A model generated the notes under the pieces. That model saw nothing but the letters and a program-made list of their open reading frames with translations. It had not been told where the DNA came from and searched no databases. 64,000 nucleotides of DNA from Sphagnum compactum (taxonomy: Eukaryota): contig OZ234494.1 of assembly GCA_965153455.1 (NCBI GenBank), positions 3,162,001-3,226,000 on the forward strand. The letters are read 5' to 3'. The position numbers and the translations under genes were made by a program. This document shows, piece after piece, positions 11,985 through 24,728 of this stretch. How positions within the stretch are numbered: position 1 is the stretch's first letter; every line of letters begins with the position of its first letter.

Positions 11985-14243
11985 TTTTTATTACTGCAAC
12001 CTGAATTTTTAATTCTGAAATTATTATTTTACCTCTGAAAGGCATTTTTATTACTACAACCTAAATTTTCAATTCTGAAATACTTATTTTACCTCTAAAA
12101 ACTCATTTTTTATTACTGTAATCTAAATTTTATTAAATTCTGAAATTATTATTTTACCTCTGGAAAAATCATTTTTTTGTTTTTGTAATATGGAATTTCG
12201 AGTCTGAAACTATTATTTTAATCTAAAATCTGTTTATTTTCCTCTTGGAAGAGAATATTAGTTTTGGAATTTCAAATTACAAGTCTGAAACTTGTCTTTA
12301 TTTGTGGAAATTCCAATTTATCTTGGAAACTTCCTATTGTAATATCGAGATTTCAAATTTATAGACAAATGAGATTTTGGATTTATTTGAAATAAAATGC
12401 AAAAAACCCAAGATAAACTTTACTTCCATTTTGAAGTCCTCTTCGAAGATTACACCCAATTCTTTAGCTTGATTCAAATTTGCAATTTTGGCCTTGTTAT
12501 TTTTTTTTGTTGGGTACTACCAACTTAGGTCATTAATAAAGAAGCTTTGGTTTCATTATTTGACTGAAATTGTTAGCCATGGATGCAATACTAATAGACT
12601 AAATGTTCAACATTTCAGCCTTCAACATAAGCTAAACCAAGCTTCTCAATTGGAGCAATAGAACTCAAGGTTCATAGAAAACTTGGGGCATTAATCCCTA
12701 CATGAATTACCTTAGTGTCTATTGAAATACTAATTGTAGGTGTGAGTCCTACACCATCTATAAGAGATTACCACTTCTTTAAAATATTCTTAGAGGTGTG
12801 TCCATCAGTGGTCTTCAACTTAAAGAAGATTTTTGGCCATATTGATTAATTGTTCAACTTGACTAAAGACCATTGGCCATTTTGACTAACGTTGTACAAC
12901 TTGATTATGTGTATCTGGTCAAATAAATCATTATAGTCAAATTGATCAGTCAACACATACATGTGTCATTTAAACATCATCACAATGAAGAACGGCTTTG
13001 TTAGAATCATCCTTGTTAGATGTCCTTGTTTTCAATTCCTTCAATGTTTTTCACAATCGATCTTTTAGTGTTTCCTCTTATAATACAATTCAAATACTCT
13101 AATTTGTATGCAACATATATGCTCTTCCATACCACACTATGAATAAATTGGGTTACCTATTTCTTGCCCTCACTATAATGCCCAAAATGAAGGTTGTATG
13201 TAGCTACCGATGTATTCAGTTGTACATACTCCACTAGTGGTCTATCGGTTTTGTCTTTTTATGGCACCTTTGCCTTCCGATTTGTTGCGACTAAAACATT
13301 CTCTCGTGTGGGTGAATGGTAGTCACTTGCTTGAAACTCCATGAAAAGGTCAAAATTTATCATACCAAAATTTGCTAATAAATTTACGTCTTTTTATTCA
13401 GGGAGTTGTAACCCACTAGAAGCATAATTTGAAGATTTTGGATTTGAAATCACATAAGCTAGGGTTTAGGTCAACAATGTCCAAACACACCTTGAAACAT
13501 TTTAGCTCATGCTCAAAACATTTTTGAAGACATCTCCTTGAACTATCAATTTTAACAATAGAAAAAAGTAAGGTCTATGGTCTACTCTCATCATCTCCAA
13601 TGCATTCCGAAAGACACTTTTTGCAACAACCGTAAACCTTGCCTTGTTTATTTGTCACATGTGCCAAACTATGGAAGGGGTCGTAGATGGAAGGTGCGGG
13701 AAAATGTGCGAAATCACAATAGAATCCATGAGAGGGGGCAACAAGTTGCATTTAGTTTGAATGCACATTTTGGGGTTAAGATTGGGGCAAAATGTGGGTT
13801 CTTATGCATCAAACTTGGACTCTATTTGTAAGGGTTAGTGTGAAGGAATTTTGTTGAGAGATTCAACTATTTGATTGCCAATTAAAGTTTGTATAGATTT
13901 TGAAAACTTGCAACAAAAGGTAGAAAAAAAACAACAAAGCTTGGAAAAAGACAACACACACAAGAAGATAGCTTCCCAAACATAAATTTCTTCTTGACAA
14001 TCATAAAACACATCTAGTTCATCTTTAAGAGCCTTGCCTACAAAAACCATTATTTCAAAGAGGTTATAATCTTCACCTTACAAGGATGCACTTCACTACT
14101 TTGACAAAACATTCCATACTAGCTACTTACAAGAAAACCAAATTGTAGTTCCAAGTGTAGTCAAACCTTTCCAAGCTTCTGGAATTGATGCACACCTAAG
14201 CTTGCTTCTTTGAGCTTCTTCAACTATCAAACCCCTCTAGCAT
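11985..14243 (+). repeat. Dispersed repeat, copy 2 (extra segments at about 12340-12770 and 12820-12965)
   Basis: Same orientation as 2380-4055; shared blocks visible by eye. Confidence 0.85.
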
Positions 14244-14429
14244 TTCCATTTGCTTCCACATTTCCAAAAGCAAGCTTGTAAACCTTGCAACCCTCCCAAT
14301 TGTGTCCACACTTCCAAAATGGAGCTTCTAGAATTATCATGCTTTTATGACCTTCTTGTTCGCTTCAAATACTTGTGCACTTTCGAAACTTTCTTGATTT
14401 CTTTGACCTTCGTCATAGCTTGAGAAACA

Positions 14430-14720
14430 TAAAACCACAACTTTTCTCTTTGTTCACTTCATCCTTTGTCACACAGAACTAAGAAATGTGTTTCTTACAA
14501 AACCACAATGATTTTTCTCCTCCCTCACTTCAACCTTTATCACACAAACTTTAAATACGTTCTTTTCACCAAACCATTTATTTCATTGTTCACTTCAACC
14601 TTTGTCACACACTATTGAAAAATGTTTTTATCACTAAACCACAATGATTTCTCTCCTCACTCACTTCAACCTCTATCACGCACTATTGATAAATGTTCTT
14701 TTCACAAAATCCAAAATGTG
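14430..14720 (+). repeat. Degenerate ~60-70-bp tandem repeat (CACTTCAACCTTTGTCACACA...)
   Basis: Motif recurs near 14455, 14526, 14591 and 14662. Confidence 0.7.
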
Positions 14721-15384
14721 CAAAAACAAAAAAATTAAGGTGAAATTCAAATTTAACCAAAATCGATGCATTTCTTAGTTTCCACTTGTGTTTTTTTCCC
14801 ATCTAGTGTCATGCACATAATTTGGTCTTTTGGCCAAACATGGTGTCTACACCCCTAATTTCACAAACTTTACATATGAAGCCCACTTTACACTATGGTT
14901 CAAACCTCTAAATTTTCTTTAGCCCAATTTTAACCCACCCATGGTGACATTTTTGGGCCAACTAGGTAGGTCCCATAATTAAAATGCATGTTGTGGGCCC
15001 AAGGGCAAGGAAATTTAAAACTAATGGGCCTAAAGAAAGGATGTGTGCATTGCCTTCCTTGCGTATTCTCCTCCTCTTTTGCATACCTTCCATGTTTAAA
15101 ATAATGATATGCAATCAATGGCAAGGAATAAATTGATGGCATAACTTCTTTGGGCCAAAACACAAAAACTTAGGTTTTATTTTATTTTATTTTTAACGTC
15201 ATATTTCATGCAAATTTGGTGCCAACATGCTACCTTAAAAGTGTTTGGATCATTCTTGGGTCCTTGGGTTTGGGCCCTAGTGTAAGATCATTGGGTTCAA
15301 TTTTGAACATTCATTCAATATGAATGTTCCATTATAAGTTTGGTGAACTAGTAAACCCTGCAATAAAACAATTTTTTTTTTTGG

Positions 15385-15660
15385 ATTTTTTGCTTGTAGC
15401 TAATGTGATGATTGTTTGCAAGAATATGTAGGAAAAGTGATGATCATCCTTAAAAAGATTTAACTAAATTTGGCTATAAATTAAAAAATCGAGCATACTT
15501 ATTTAATCATCCTTCAATATTTTTGGTTACACACTAACAACCAAACACATGAATATGGTGATTTTTACTTTTTTTCCCCCTCACACTTGGTGACTAAAAA
15601 CCTCCAAAATCAATTTTTTTTCCATTTTTATTTTTTATTTTCTAATTTTTGAAAAACAAT
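15385..15660 (+). repeat. Short dispersed repeat, copy 1
   Basis: Colinear with 33368-33630 (GATCATCC...AATCATCCTTCAATAT.TTTGG.TA.AC...CCCTCAC..TGGTGA). Confidence 0.7.
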
Positions 15661-18600
15661 TGGCAATAAAAAAAGGCTGGTATAAAATGGGTTTTAGTCT
15701 TGCGATAAGATATTTATTGTCATTACAATTAGGGTTTTGTTTTGTGACAAATTTTCACCACCTAGCAACAAAAGAAGGGCTGGTGAATCCAACAAAGGGA
15801 TTTTTGAAATTTTTTTTGAAAAATTCGCCATATTTCGAGAAAAAAAAGGTTGGAAGTCACCATATTTAAATAGTGTGTTCCATTAGGTCGCCATAACTAG
15901 GCAGGATTCCAAAAAAAATCTACTACTCCACCAAGAAAATCGCCATTTATTGCTAAATAATGTTGAAGATCCTCGCCATGAATACACCTACTTGAGGAAT
16001 TTGAAAAAGAAAAACCCCAATTACAATTCCAAAAAGGATGGATTTTTAGTGTGGTGTAAAGTGCGAGTGCTAGTTCACCCAATACAAATAGACATCCCAT
16101 GTTAAATTGAAATCAGTTTACTTATGATTGTTTGACTCAAGTTAACACATAAATATGGAATGTTTGCACTCAATGTTATACCATATTGTAATACATTTAT
16201 GATACAATTGTCACAAGATTCAAGATGAGAAACTTGGAATCGTATTTCAATATACTCATGGTATGCAAACTTACATATGTGACGATTGGCATGTTTATAC
16301 ATAATGTATTGATACATCATAATATATCAATTCTTAGTTTTGAAATTGTGTTTGAAATATCTTTGTAAGTTTTTAGGTCAAGGGTAAAATATCAGTTAAA
16401 TCCTTTACTTTGAAGGGCAAGGTTGATAATAGCCTTGGATTTTGAAGGCCAACCCTATCCTTCACATTTGATTGCTTGTTCATATGCCTAGATAACCGAG
16501 CCATTTGTTAGTTACATAACCAAGAGGGCAAAAACATGGTGATGTATGCCAACGAGGGATATTTTCTTTTTTTTTGGGAAAGTATTCATAAATTAAACCT
16601 TGATATATTAAACTTATGAATATTATTATTTCAATGGTCAATGAAAGGAAGCTCTTTGATTTTATTGCATAATAGAATGACAATATTAAGTTGTGTGAAT
16701 ACACTATAGCTACAAAAGGGGGATAACAAACATAATTACCTTTTACCAAGACAAACATAAGAAAAGACAAATCATAAAAGCCTATAACAAGTCAACAAGA
16801 CGAATTGAAACGTAGAAAAATAGTTAGCTAACAAATGCAATACACAGTATACAAGCCAACTAGTTTCCAAAGCTTTGGCATGACTCATATTGTATTTATG
16901 GGTTAAATGTTTACTAATCACAACATTAGACAATATTTTTTCCACAAGGTTTACCACAAATTTTTATAATTGAAAATAGTTTGAAACAATAACATGTTTT
17001 TTGAATGATATCATTATAACATTGAATACAAAGGTGATTGATTGAAATGAATGCATATGTGCACATATGTTCAAATACATATATGTGCAAATACAATATG
17101 ACAAAAAATCATAGTTACTATTATGAATAATTATAATTTTAAGGTTTTTGCATCCCATGTTTGAAATATGCAACATTCTTGAATGAAATAATGTTGAATT
17201 ATATTATCATTTAACAAATTACACACATGTATCAAATGAATTTAATTTTAAATTCTTACACATTCAAATGTTGGATCATTAGTTTCATGATGTTATAAAT
17301 TTAGTAACAAAACATTTATGAAGTTTTATTCAAATTAACTAAAATAACACATAAAGTTTTCCTAGAAAGTAATTGAATCAAATGAATTTTTAAAAGAATA
17401 TATTCAATTGAATTTACAGTTAGAACTATAGGAAAAAATGTTTCAGTATTCCTTGTGTACAATAAGTTTAGTTATGTTTCCTTCATCATTTTGAACATAA
17501 AATAAAAATTGAAAACTGTAATTTTTATTAATAAAAATTTAAAATATTTTAAAAATCGTATCAATCTTTCAATATCTTTTCAGCAGTCTTTACAAATTTA
17601 AAGAACACACAAGTTATGTAAACATAAATACATTAATTGGAATAACTTTTTTTTTTAAAAAGATCAAAATGTGAAATGAACATACCCCATAGACCCTATA
17701 TTTGATGACGTGTGTTTAATGTTCAATGATTATGTAATTTATGATTATATGAATGTATTGATAATTAATAAAACAACCAAAAATCAAATGTAAATTAATA
17801 TAAACCATATTGGTTTTAACAATCAATATCTTACAAAAAATTAATAAAATTATAACATTCTATTACATTTTTCAAATCACACCATGTCCATCCCATGAAC
17901 AATTTATATGTATTTTAATGATTTTTGTTCATTTGAAAGTTAAATGAGTATGATAATAGACCTTTTTTTACATTTAGAAATGTTAATACTTATTCGCAGT
18001 TTCAATTTTTATAATATTAATGAATTTAAATACATGTCAAAATTCGAATAAAACATCATTTGAAAATGATGTCAACATGGTCCAAATTCAACATTAGGAA
18101 TTCATCAATGTCCTAAATGATAATATATTTTCAAATTTCAATTTGAACTTCAACAATTATTTATTTATTTACAATTTTGAAAATTATTTATTTTAAAACT
18201 TCGAATAATTTGAACTTGAAGAACATAAGGTTATAACTTGAAATACATGTTATCAAAAACTTAGAAAATTTGGGAATTTTTTTGAAGTATAATTGAAATA
18301 CTAAAATCCAATAAAATGTGAAAATTGAAATTTAATAAAAAGAAAAAGTGAAGAAGTTTTAATGTAATTAGTTAATAAAAGAAAATTGAAAATGTATTAT
18401 TTTTTAAATGTTATAATATATATAATTATCAAGGTAAAAATAATTACAAAACTTGAAAAAAAAAATCGACAATGAGAAGGAATTAAATAATTTTATTACT
18501 TGAATAATACATTATGCAAGTTAAGCATGAGATAAATTTTAAAAAACCCCAAGTTACATTGACAAGATTGAATTGATATGTCCAAATGAGTACGAGTTTT

Positions 18601-19288
18601 CAAAAATTTTGCTTTTTGCATATATATTCAAAATAGTGAAAATTTTCAAAGGAGTAATCAGGAATGAACAATTTTTTAGAAAATTTTACTTACTCCCTTG
18701 AAAAAAAACCGCAAATTGAAATTCCAAACATAATGACTCCTGCTATTCATTAACAAATCATTGAAACATGACCTAAGATTTTATAAAAACATGTATTCCA
18801 AGTCTACATTTACTATTCAAATTTCATACCTATATGTTTGTAAAAGACTAATAAATAATATTTTAGATCTTTCATTACACATTTGATTGTAAGTCTACCA
18901 ATTTATTGATTGATTTTTAAATTGATGGTCCTAATAACTCACAATTAATTCTTTTAATATAGTAACTCTAGAAAAAATAATAAAACATGTGGTGGAAACT
19001 TGGACATTTGGCCAATAAGCTAAAATTCTAAGACCTAAACAAACTTCAAAAGTCATTATATGTTGAAAAGAAATAGAAAGTTTATATAGGATATATAAAA
19101 GCATTAAAAAAACCTCACAGTGTATCTTAATGATTAAAATAATTACCCACATGACTTTTAAATGTACCCATAGCATAAAGTGATGATAAAAAGATTTAAA
19201 AGCACATGGATAAACTATTTTCCTCTTTCCTTCACAAAACAATTCTCACTTTAACACACACATATTTTAAAACAGAAAACATTACTAT

Positions 19289-22200
19289 GACTCTAGGGGG
19301 CATAATACTACTGGGAGGGGATTTTAATGCGCGTACTGCAACGTTACGAGATACCATTGACACTAGCGACCTTTATGAACTGTTAGGCACCTGAATTCGC
19401 TGAGACTGAGCAACCAAGTGTTGTGGCTAAGCGATAGAACTGCGACGCCAATGTTGGCGGCTGGGGCCGCGAGCTCCTGTACCTATGTTGTGACGTTGGG
19501 TTGCTCATCCTCAATGGTTGGACACCTGGTGATGAATCAGGGGAGTTCATTTGCTTGGCAAATGGGGGGCATAACATTATTGATTATATTGTTGGCTCAC
19601 CTGCAATTTGACAAGTTGCTATACACCCTAAGGTGATAACAGACGACACCCGTTACTGCGCGATGGGGGGAGACTCTGACCACAGGTCGTTACGCCTACG
19701 GTTGACCATCGATTGTAGCTTTGTTGAGCCACAACATACAATTATAACAAATTTTTTTTACCTAGGTTCAAATATGATAAATCAAAAGCTGAAGAGTATT
19801 AGCTTGCCCTAATAGCGAGTCTTGGAAACTTGTGGGTTGCTGATTCAATTGGGCATCTGGGGGCAGACGGGTTAGCTGACCTATTGCAGCAGTTCGTGGG
19901 TGCTGCAGCAGAGTTTGGCAACAAGCCTTCGGGAGGAAATTGTAGAGAGAGACACTGCCATAAACCTTGGTTTGACGTTGACTTCCGTATAGCGAAGTGT
20001 GAGCTGAAGCTCTGGCTAAAAGCCAACCCCGATTCGCACGCCGCTAAACATCAGGAAAGTAAACTTAAAATTTTATTAAATAAAAAAGAATTTTCTGGGA
20101 AACTGCAAGAGCTCAACATATATGTACGTTTGCCAAGGTGGATGCACTCTCGTTCTGGAAAAAGTACCAGCCAAGGGCACTCGTTGTGGACAAAATCAGT
20201 GCAGCTACGCTTTTGCAAGGCTTTCGCGGGCTAGTTGGCCAGTCTTCGCCATCCATACGGCTGCGAATTGATCATTCGGCCCAAGTGACGGAACCTCCAC
20301 CTAACCACACCCTGAACACAGATATCACACTTGCTGAGCTACTTCAGGTGCTGAGAAAGCTACAAAGGAATAAGGCTGCTGGTTTGGATGGTATGAAAGC
20401 TGAGTTCATTTTGGATGTGGGAGAGCTGCTACACATGCCACTATTGATAGCGTTCAACTGCTTTCTAGCGGAAGGCTTTCCAGAAGCCCTTGCCACTGAG
20501 GTGGTCCACGCACTCTTTAAAGGGGGCGATGCTTTTGAAATTGACAACTACAGGGGGATAACTGTTGGGCCTATCCTAGCAAAGCTGTTCGCTATGATCC
20601 TTGACAAAAGGCTGAGCGAGTGGGTCGAACAACATGGGCTACATGCCAAGGGTCAAGTTGGGTTTCGCAAAGATTACCACACTATTGACGAACTCTTCAT
20701 ACTGCGAACTCTGATAGAACAAAGTAAGGCAAAAAAGAAGCCACTCTATTGTTGCTTTGTGGACTTCAAAAAGGCGTTCGATATTGTGTTGTGTGAAGTG
20801 CTATGGGAGGTGTTGGCTGGTCTCGGGGTGGAGGGACGTTTCTTGCGATGCTTGCATGCGATGTCTGCCAAGGATACCATACGCATTAACCACCCAAACG
20901 AGGGTGTCACCTCCAGCTTCAGATGCCAGCAAGGTGTGAAACAAGGTTGCCCTCTCAGCCCCTTACTGTTTGGGTTGTATTTGGATGCCTTGGAGGGGCG
21001 TTTGGACGATAGAGAATGCAATGCACCAACCTTAGCAGAAGTGCACGTATGGCTGTTGCTTTTTGCAGATGACCTTGCTCTGACGTCGGTGTCAGAGGTG
21101 GGACTGCAGCAACAATTAGACGCGCTCCAGTAGTTCTGTGCTGAACGTGGACTTACAGTGAACGTGAAAAAAACAAAAGTCATGGCGTTCAACTCTACTG
21201 ACCCATGCCAAGAGTTTGTGTTTGAAGGTGACGTTATTAAGCATGTGCAAACATTCAAATACCTAGGGATCCTGCTCGAAACCACCCCAAACTTGGACAG
21301 TGCAGTGGAACATCTAGTAGCTGCCAGTAGGCGCTCGCTATTCGCACTAAACCGCCGTTGTGCGGAGCTACGTATTATGGACGTCCAGTTACGCTGTGAC
21401 CTTTTCAACACGTTGGTGCATTCCACAACAAGTTATGCTTGTGAGGTTTGGATGGATTCCAAGAAAATAGAAGCTATTGAAGTAGTGTATCGAGGGTTCC
21501 TCAAGTCCTTGTTCGGGGTGCAAAAAAAAACCAGCACGTCCATCGTGCTGGCAGAATTTAGCAAATTCCCCTTTGAACACTTTGCATGGGGATAAGCGTT
21601 GTTGTACTATAACCATGTGAGCATGGTCACTAAAGACCGCATCTTGGGAAAGGCATTGGAAGCCCAGCTTGCTATGCTTGTTGTGGGAAAGAAATGTTGG
21701 GCTAGATCCGTGAAAAAATGGCTACTCAAGAATCAGCCCCAGGAGGTGGCAGGTTTTCTACCTCCAGTTCAACCGTTGTTGGAAATGGCGCCTAAGCTTG
21801 CAACGACCCGTGCACTCCAGATGAGGACTGTTCAACCATCATTGGGAACGGCTCCTGGGACAATGCACATACATCCGACCCGTCTAGCAAAGGTGAGAGG
21901 TTGGGCAGAAAGCCAAGTACTTTGGTGCAACACGCACAATGTACGGGTGCGAGTTCAAATGGCTAAGCTGGCCGCGCTACAACTAGTGCAGCCGATTGGT
22001 GTTAGATCTACGACAAGAGGCTCGATCAACTAGGAGGCTAGGGCCCCACCCCCTCCAGGTTTTCCCCACACAATATTGAGTGTCAAAAGGGTGAAGGATA
22101 ATATGCGACTAACTTACATTGAAAAGCTCTTTACCAATCGCGAGATCTGGACCAGCGTGTAAACAAGATACTTGCGCTTCAAGGGTATGTCATACGAGAG

Positions 22201-22590
22201 CAAAAGCTACTTGTGTGACATCAACCGTGTTCAGCTACGGAAAGCTCTGGCCCGGTTTCGGTGTGGCAACACGCAACTTGAGGTAGTGCTAGGTGTGTGG
22301 AAGAGCGTGCCATACGCAGAGAGGCTTTATCGAGGTTACGATTTGGGGAAGGTTGAGGATGCAGAACATTTGCTTCTTGTTTGTCCAAATAAACTGAAAG
22401 TTAGGGAACGTTTTTGTTCGACTGTTCGGCCGTGCCCCTCACCCACACTAGCACTCTTGTTGAGCTCATGCGAACTACGAACATGGTCACCCTGGCCAAG
22501 TTTGTGGCATGCTGCCAGTACCAAAGGACAATCTGTCCTCCATGATCTACCTTTCGTCTAATGGACTCTCTGGTCCCAAACGAACGTAAA
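19289..22590 (+). mobile_element. 5'-truncated non-LTR retrotransposon (LINE ORF2: partial AP endonuclease, reverse transcriptase, C-terminal CCHC finger); possibly RTEX-like; decayed
   Basis: GC-rich island in AT-rich DNA. Motifs: LGGDFNART (APE), KAAGLDG, NYRGIT, QVGFR, FVDFKKAFD, GVKQGCPLSPLLF, LLFADD, FKYLG, and RFRCGNTQLEV...EDAEHLLLVCP. Several stops and frameshifts. No TSD or poly(A) tail identified; clade assignment is tentative. Confidence 0.92.
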
Positions 22591-22822
22591 ATTGTAAGAG
22601 TAAACATACTCCTACATATGGACATGTCAAAAGGGCTTACACAATGTTTCTTTGAATTAGTTGTTCACATGACATTCAAATTGCATATTAAATATGTCAC
22701 AAATTGTAAAGTAATTGAATTCATTTCCATTCCACAAAGGTTTGTTAAATTAGTTGTCGATATGATTTCATTGCATGTCAGAAAAATACTTTAAAAAAAT
22801 ATTCAAACTATCTGAAGTTTCT

Positions 22823-22834
22823 TGTGTGTGTGTG

Positions 22835-22865
<31 letters not shown>
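22823..22865 (+). repeat. Compound (TG)n(TA)n microsatellite
   Basis: Seen directly. Confidence 0.95.
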
Positions 22866-24728
22866 GTTGCATAACCATCCAAAATGTGTAACATAAACCT
22901 AAGCTTTCTGAAATATTATGTATTCTGCTAGTATGAGGGTGTCTATTGGGTGATAGGTTTATGTCTTTACAGCTTCTATTAAAAGAATTATTGGGTACAT
23001 GTTTCACATAAAAAGGGCGTAAGTAGAAGACAATTCAAAGAAGTTTCACAACCAATCTTGGAATAAAGTAGTTCAAGCAACATGGGCATAACAGGAAGAT
23101 AACAATCATCTTCCCAAGTATTCAGTTAGTAGGTTCAAAATTTGACATGCATCCTCAATGTTTGAACTTTTGGAAGTTCAAACCTTCAAGAAACAATTCC
23201 AAAACTTGAAAGATGTAATTCACTATAGAATCTATAGTATATAGATTCTTGTGGCATTATTTCTAGTTTGAAGAAGATCAAGGCTAGTCAATTAGAATTT
23301 TCAAGCACTTACTAGATAGCTGTTCTTTTCTTCTTTTTTTGTTTTGTTTCTTTTTTTTTGGGAGGGGGCAATGTTTTACATTTTGTTTTTGGTCAATCTT
23401 CTATGTGGAATGCAAATTAGGTTTCCAAAATTGTGACACTCAATTTTTCATTTCAGTGTCACTCAGCCCATCCAAAACTTTTCAGTGACACTCAATTTTC
23501 ATTTCAGTGACTTTGTTTTTTTCCAAATGACCTTTCTTTCGCACCCTCTCATGCAATTGCTTCTGATGAGAAAGGCATAGACTGCCTTATTTAAATATGC
23601 TTAGCAGTACTTCAATTTAAACCCAAATTGCATTTTTAATTGTTACTTACAACCAACCATATTCAAACTTCTGGTCACATGCATTTGCAAGAGCAGTTGA
23701 TACTAAGAAGCTTAGGGTGACAGCACAGAATTTCTCCAGAGTTAACAATTCAGATCACATGTATGACTATGTCTAAGAACTTCCCTTTCACTCAGTGTGA
23801 GAGGAAGAACCCTACATGAACTGACAGAAGTGTGCACCTAAAAAGGGGACTGATAGATGTGACCTGTTTTTGATAGGTTGAAGAGAAAAGAAGAAAAAGA
23901 AGTTGCTCCAATCACCCAACCATCATGGACCTGCAAAATATGGTCACCAGACACTATTTAGAAATATTCAGGTGCTGAGAATGGTAGGTGCTGGAAAGAA
24001 GTTCTACAGCCTCTGTGATAGAAGTTGTCTCAAATGCATTGCTCTTCTCACATTCTGTCAAAATCCTCCCCATCACACCCACACATGCAGAAAATTTAGG
24101 ATGCATCAAGAAAGCCACAACCACGATCCCAAACGGGTATCATGAAAATGTAGCCTGCCATGTGGTTAACAGCAAGCTTGTCATCATATGACAGAAAGAG
24201 AGCAATTATAAAGGTGGCTGTTTGGCAACAGGGAAGAGTTTATGGATATTGCAGGACACCAGAAGACAATGAACCAGTTTTGTGTCTCCCATGTGCAGCT
24301 CAGCATCACTCAGTCTCCGACCAATTTAAGATTTCTCCACCCACCTCAAGCTGATGAGAAACAAGTTATATTTCAAGCCCTACAAGAACTTAGAGCAGAT
24401 GACATGCCTTCTACAAAGATGGTTTGTAATCAACTCACCTACAGTCAATTCCAACTTCCCAAGGCATAATATTACAGCTTCACAATTGCAGGTACACAGC
24501 AGAAATAAAAGTCAGCATTGGGACAGGCTATGTGCAAGAACAGAACCCAACGGCTACAGGATAGATCTCCACAACAGAAATGACTACCATTCACAACTGA
24601 AACCTGTTGTAGTGAAATATCTCATAGCAGACATAGTTTTAAATACATCATGTGTACCCCTGTCTGTAGGAATGATGTAAAAAGAAAACAATATACTGCC
24701 AGATCCTTGAAAATCATAGCTGCCTCTA

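Noticed and set aside
15900..19200. Protein-coding gene in the very AT-rich stretch
   Set aside because: Only short ORFs with no motif recognised; probably decayed TE but not classifiable by eye.
20746..21426. 226-aa minus-strand ORF
   Set aside because: Antisense shadow of the LINE reverse transcriptase.
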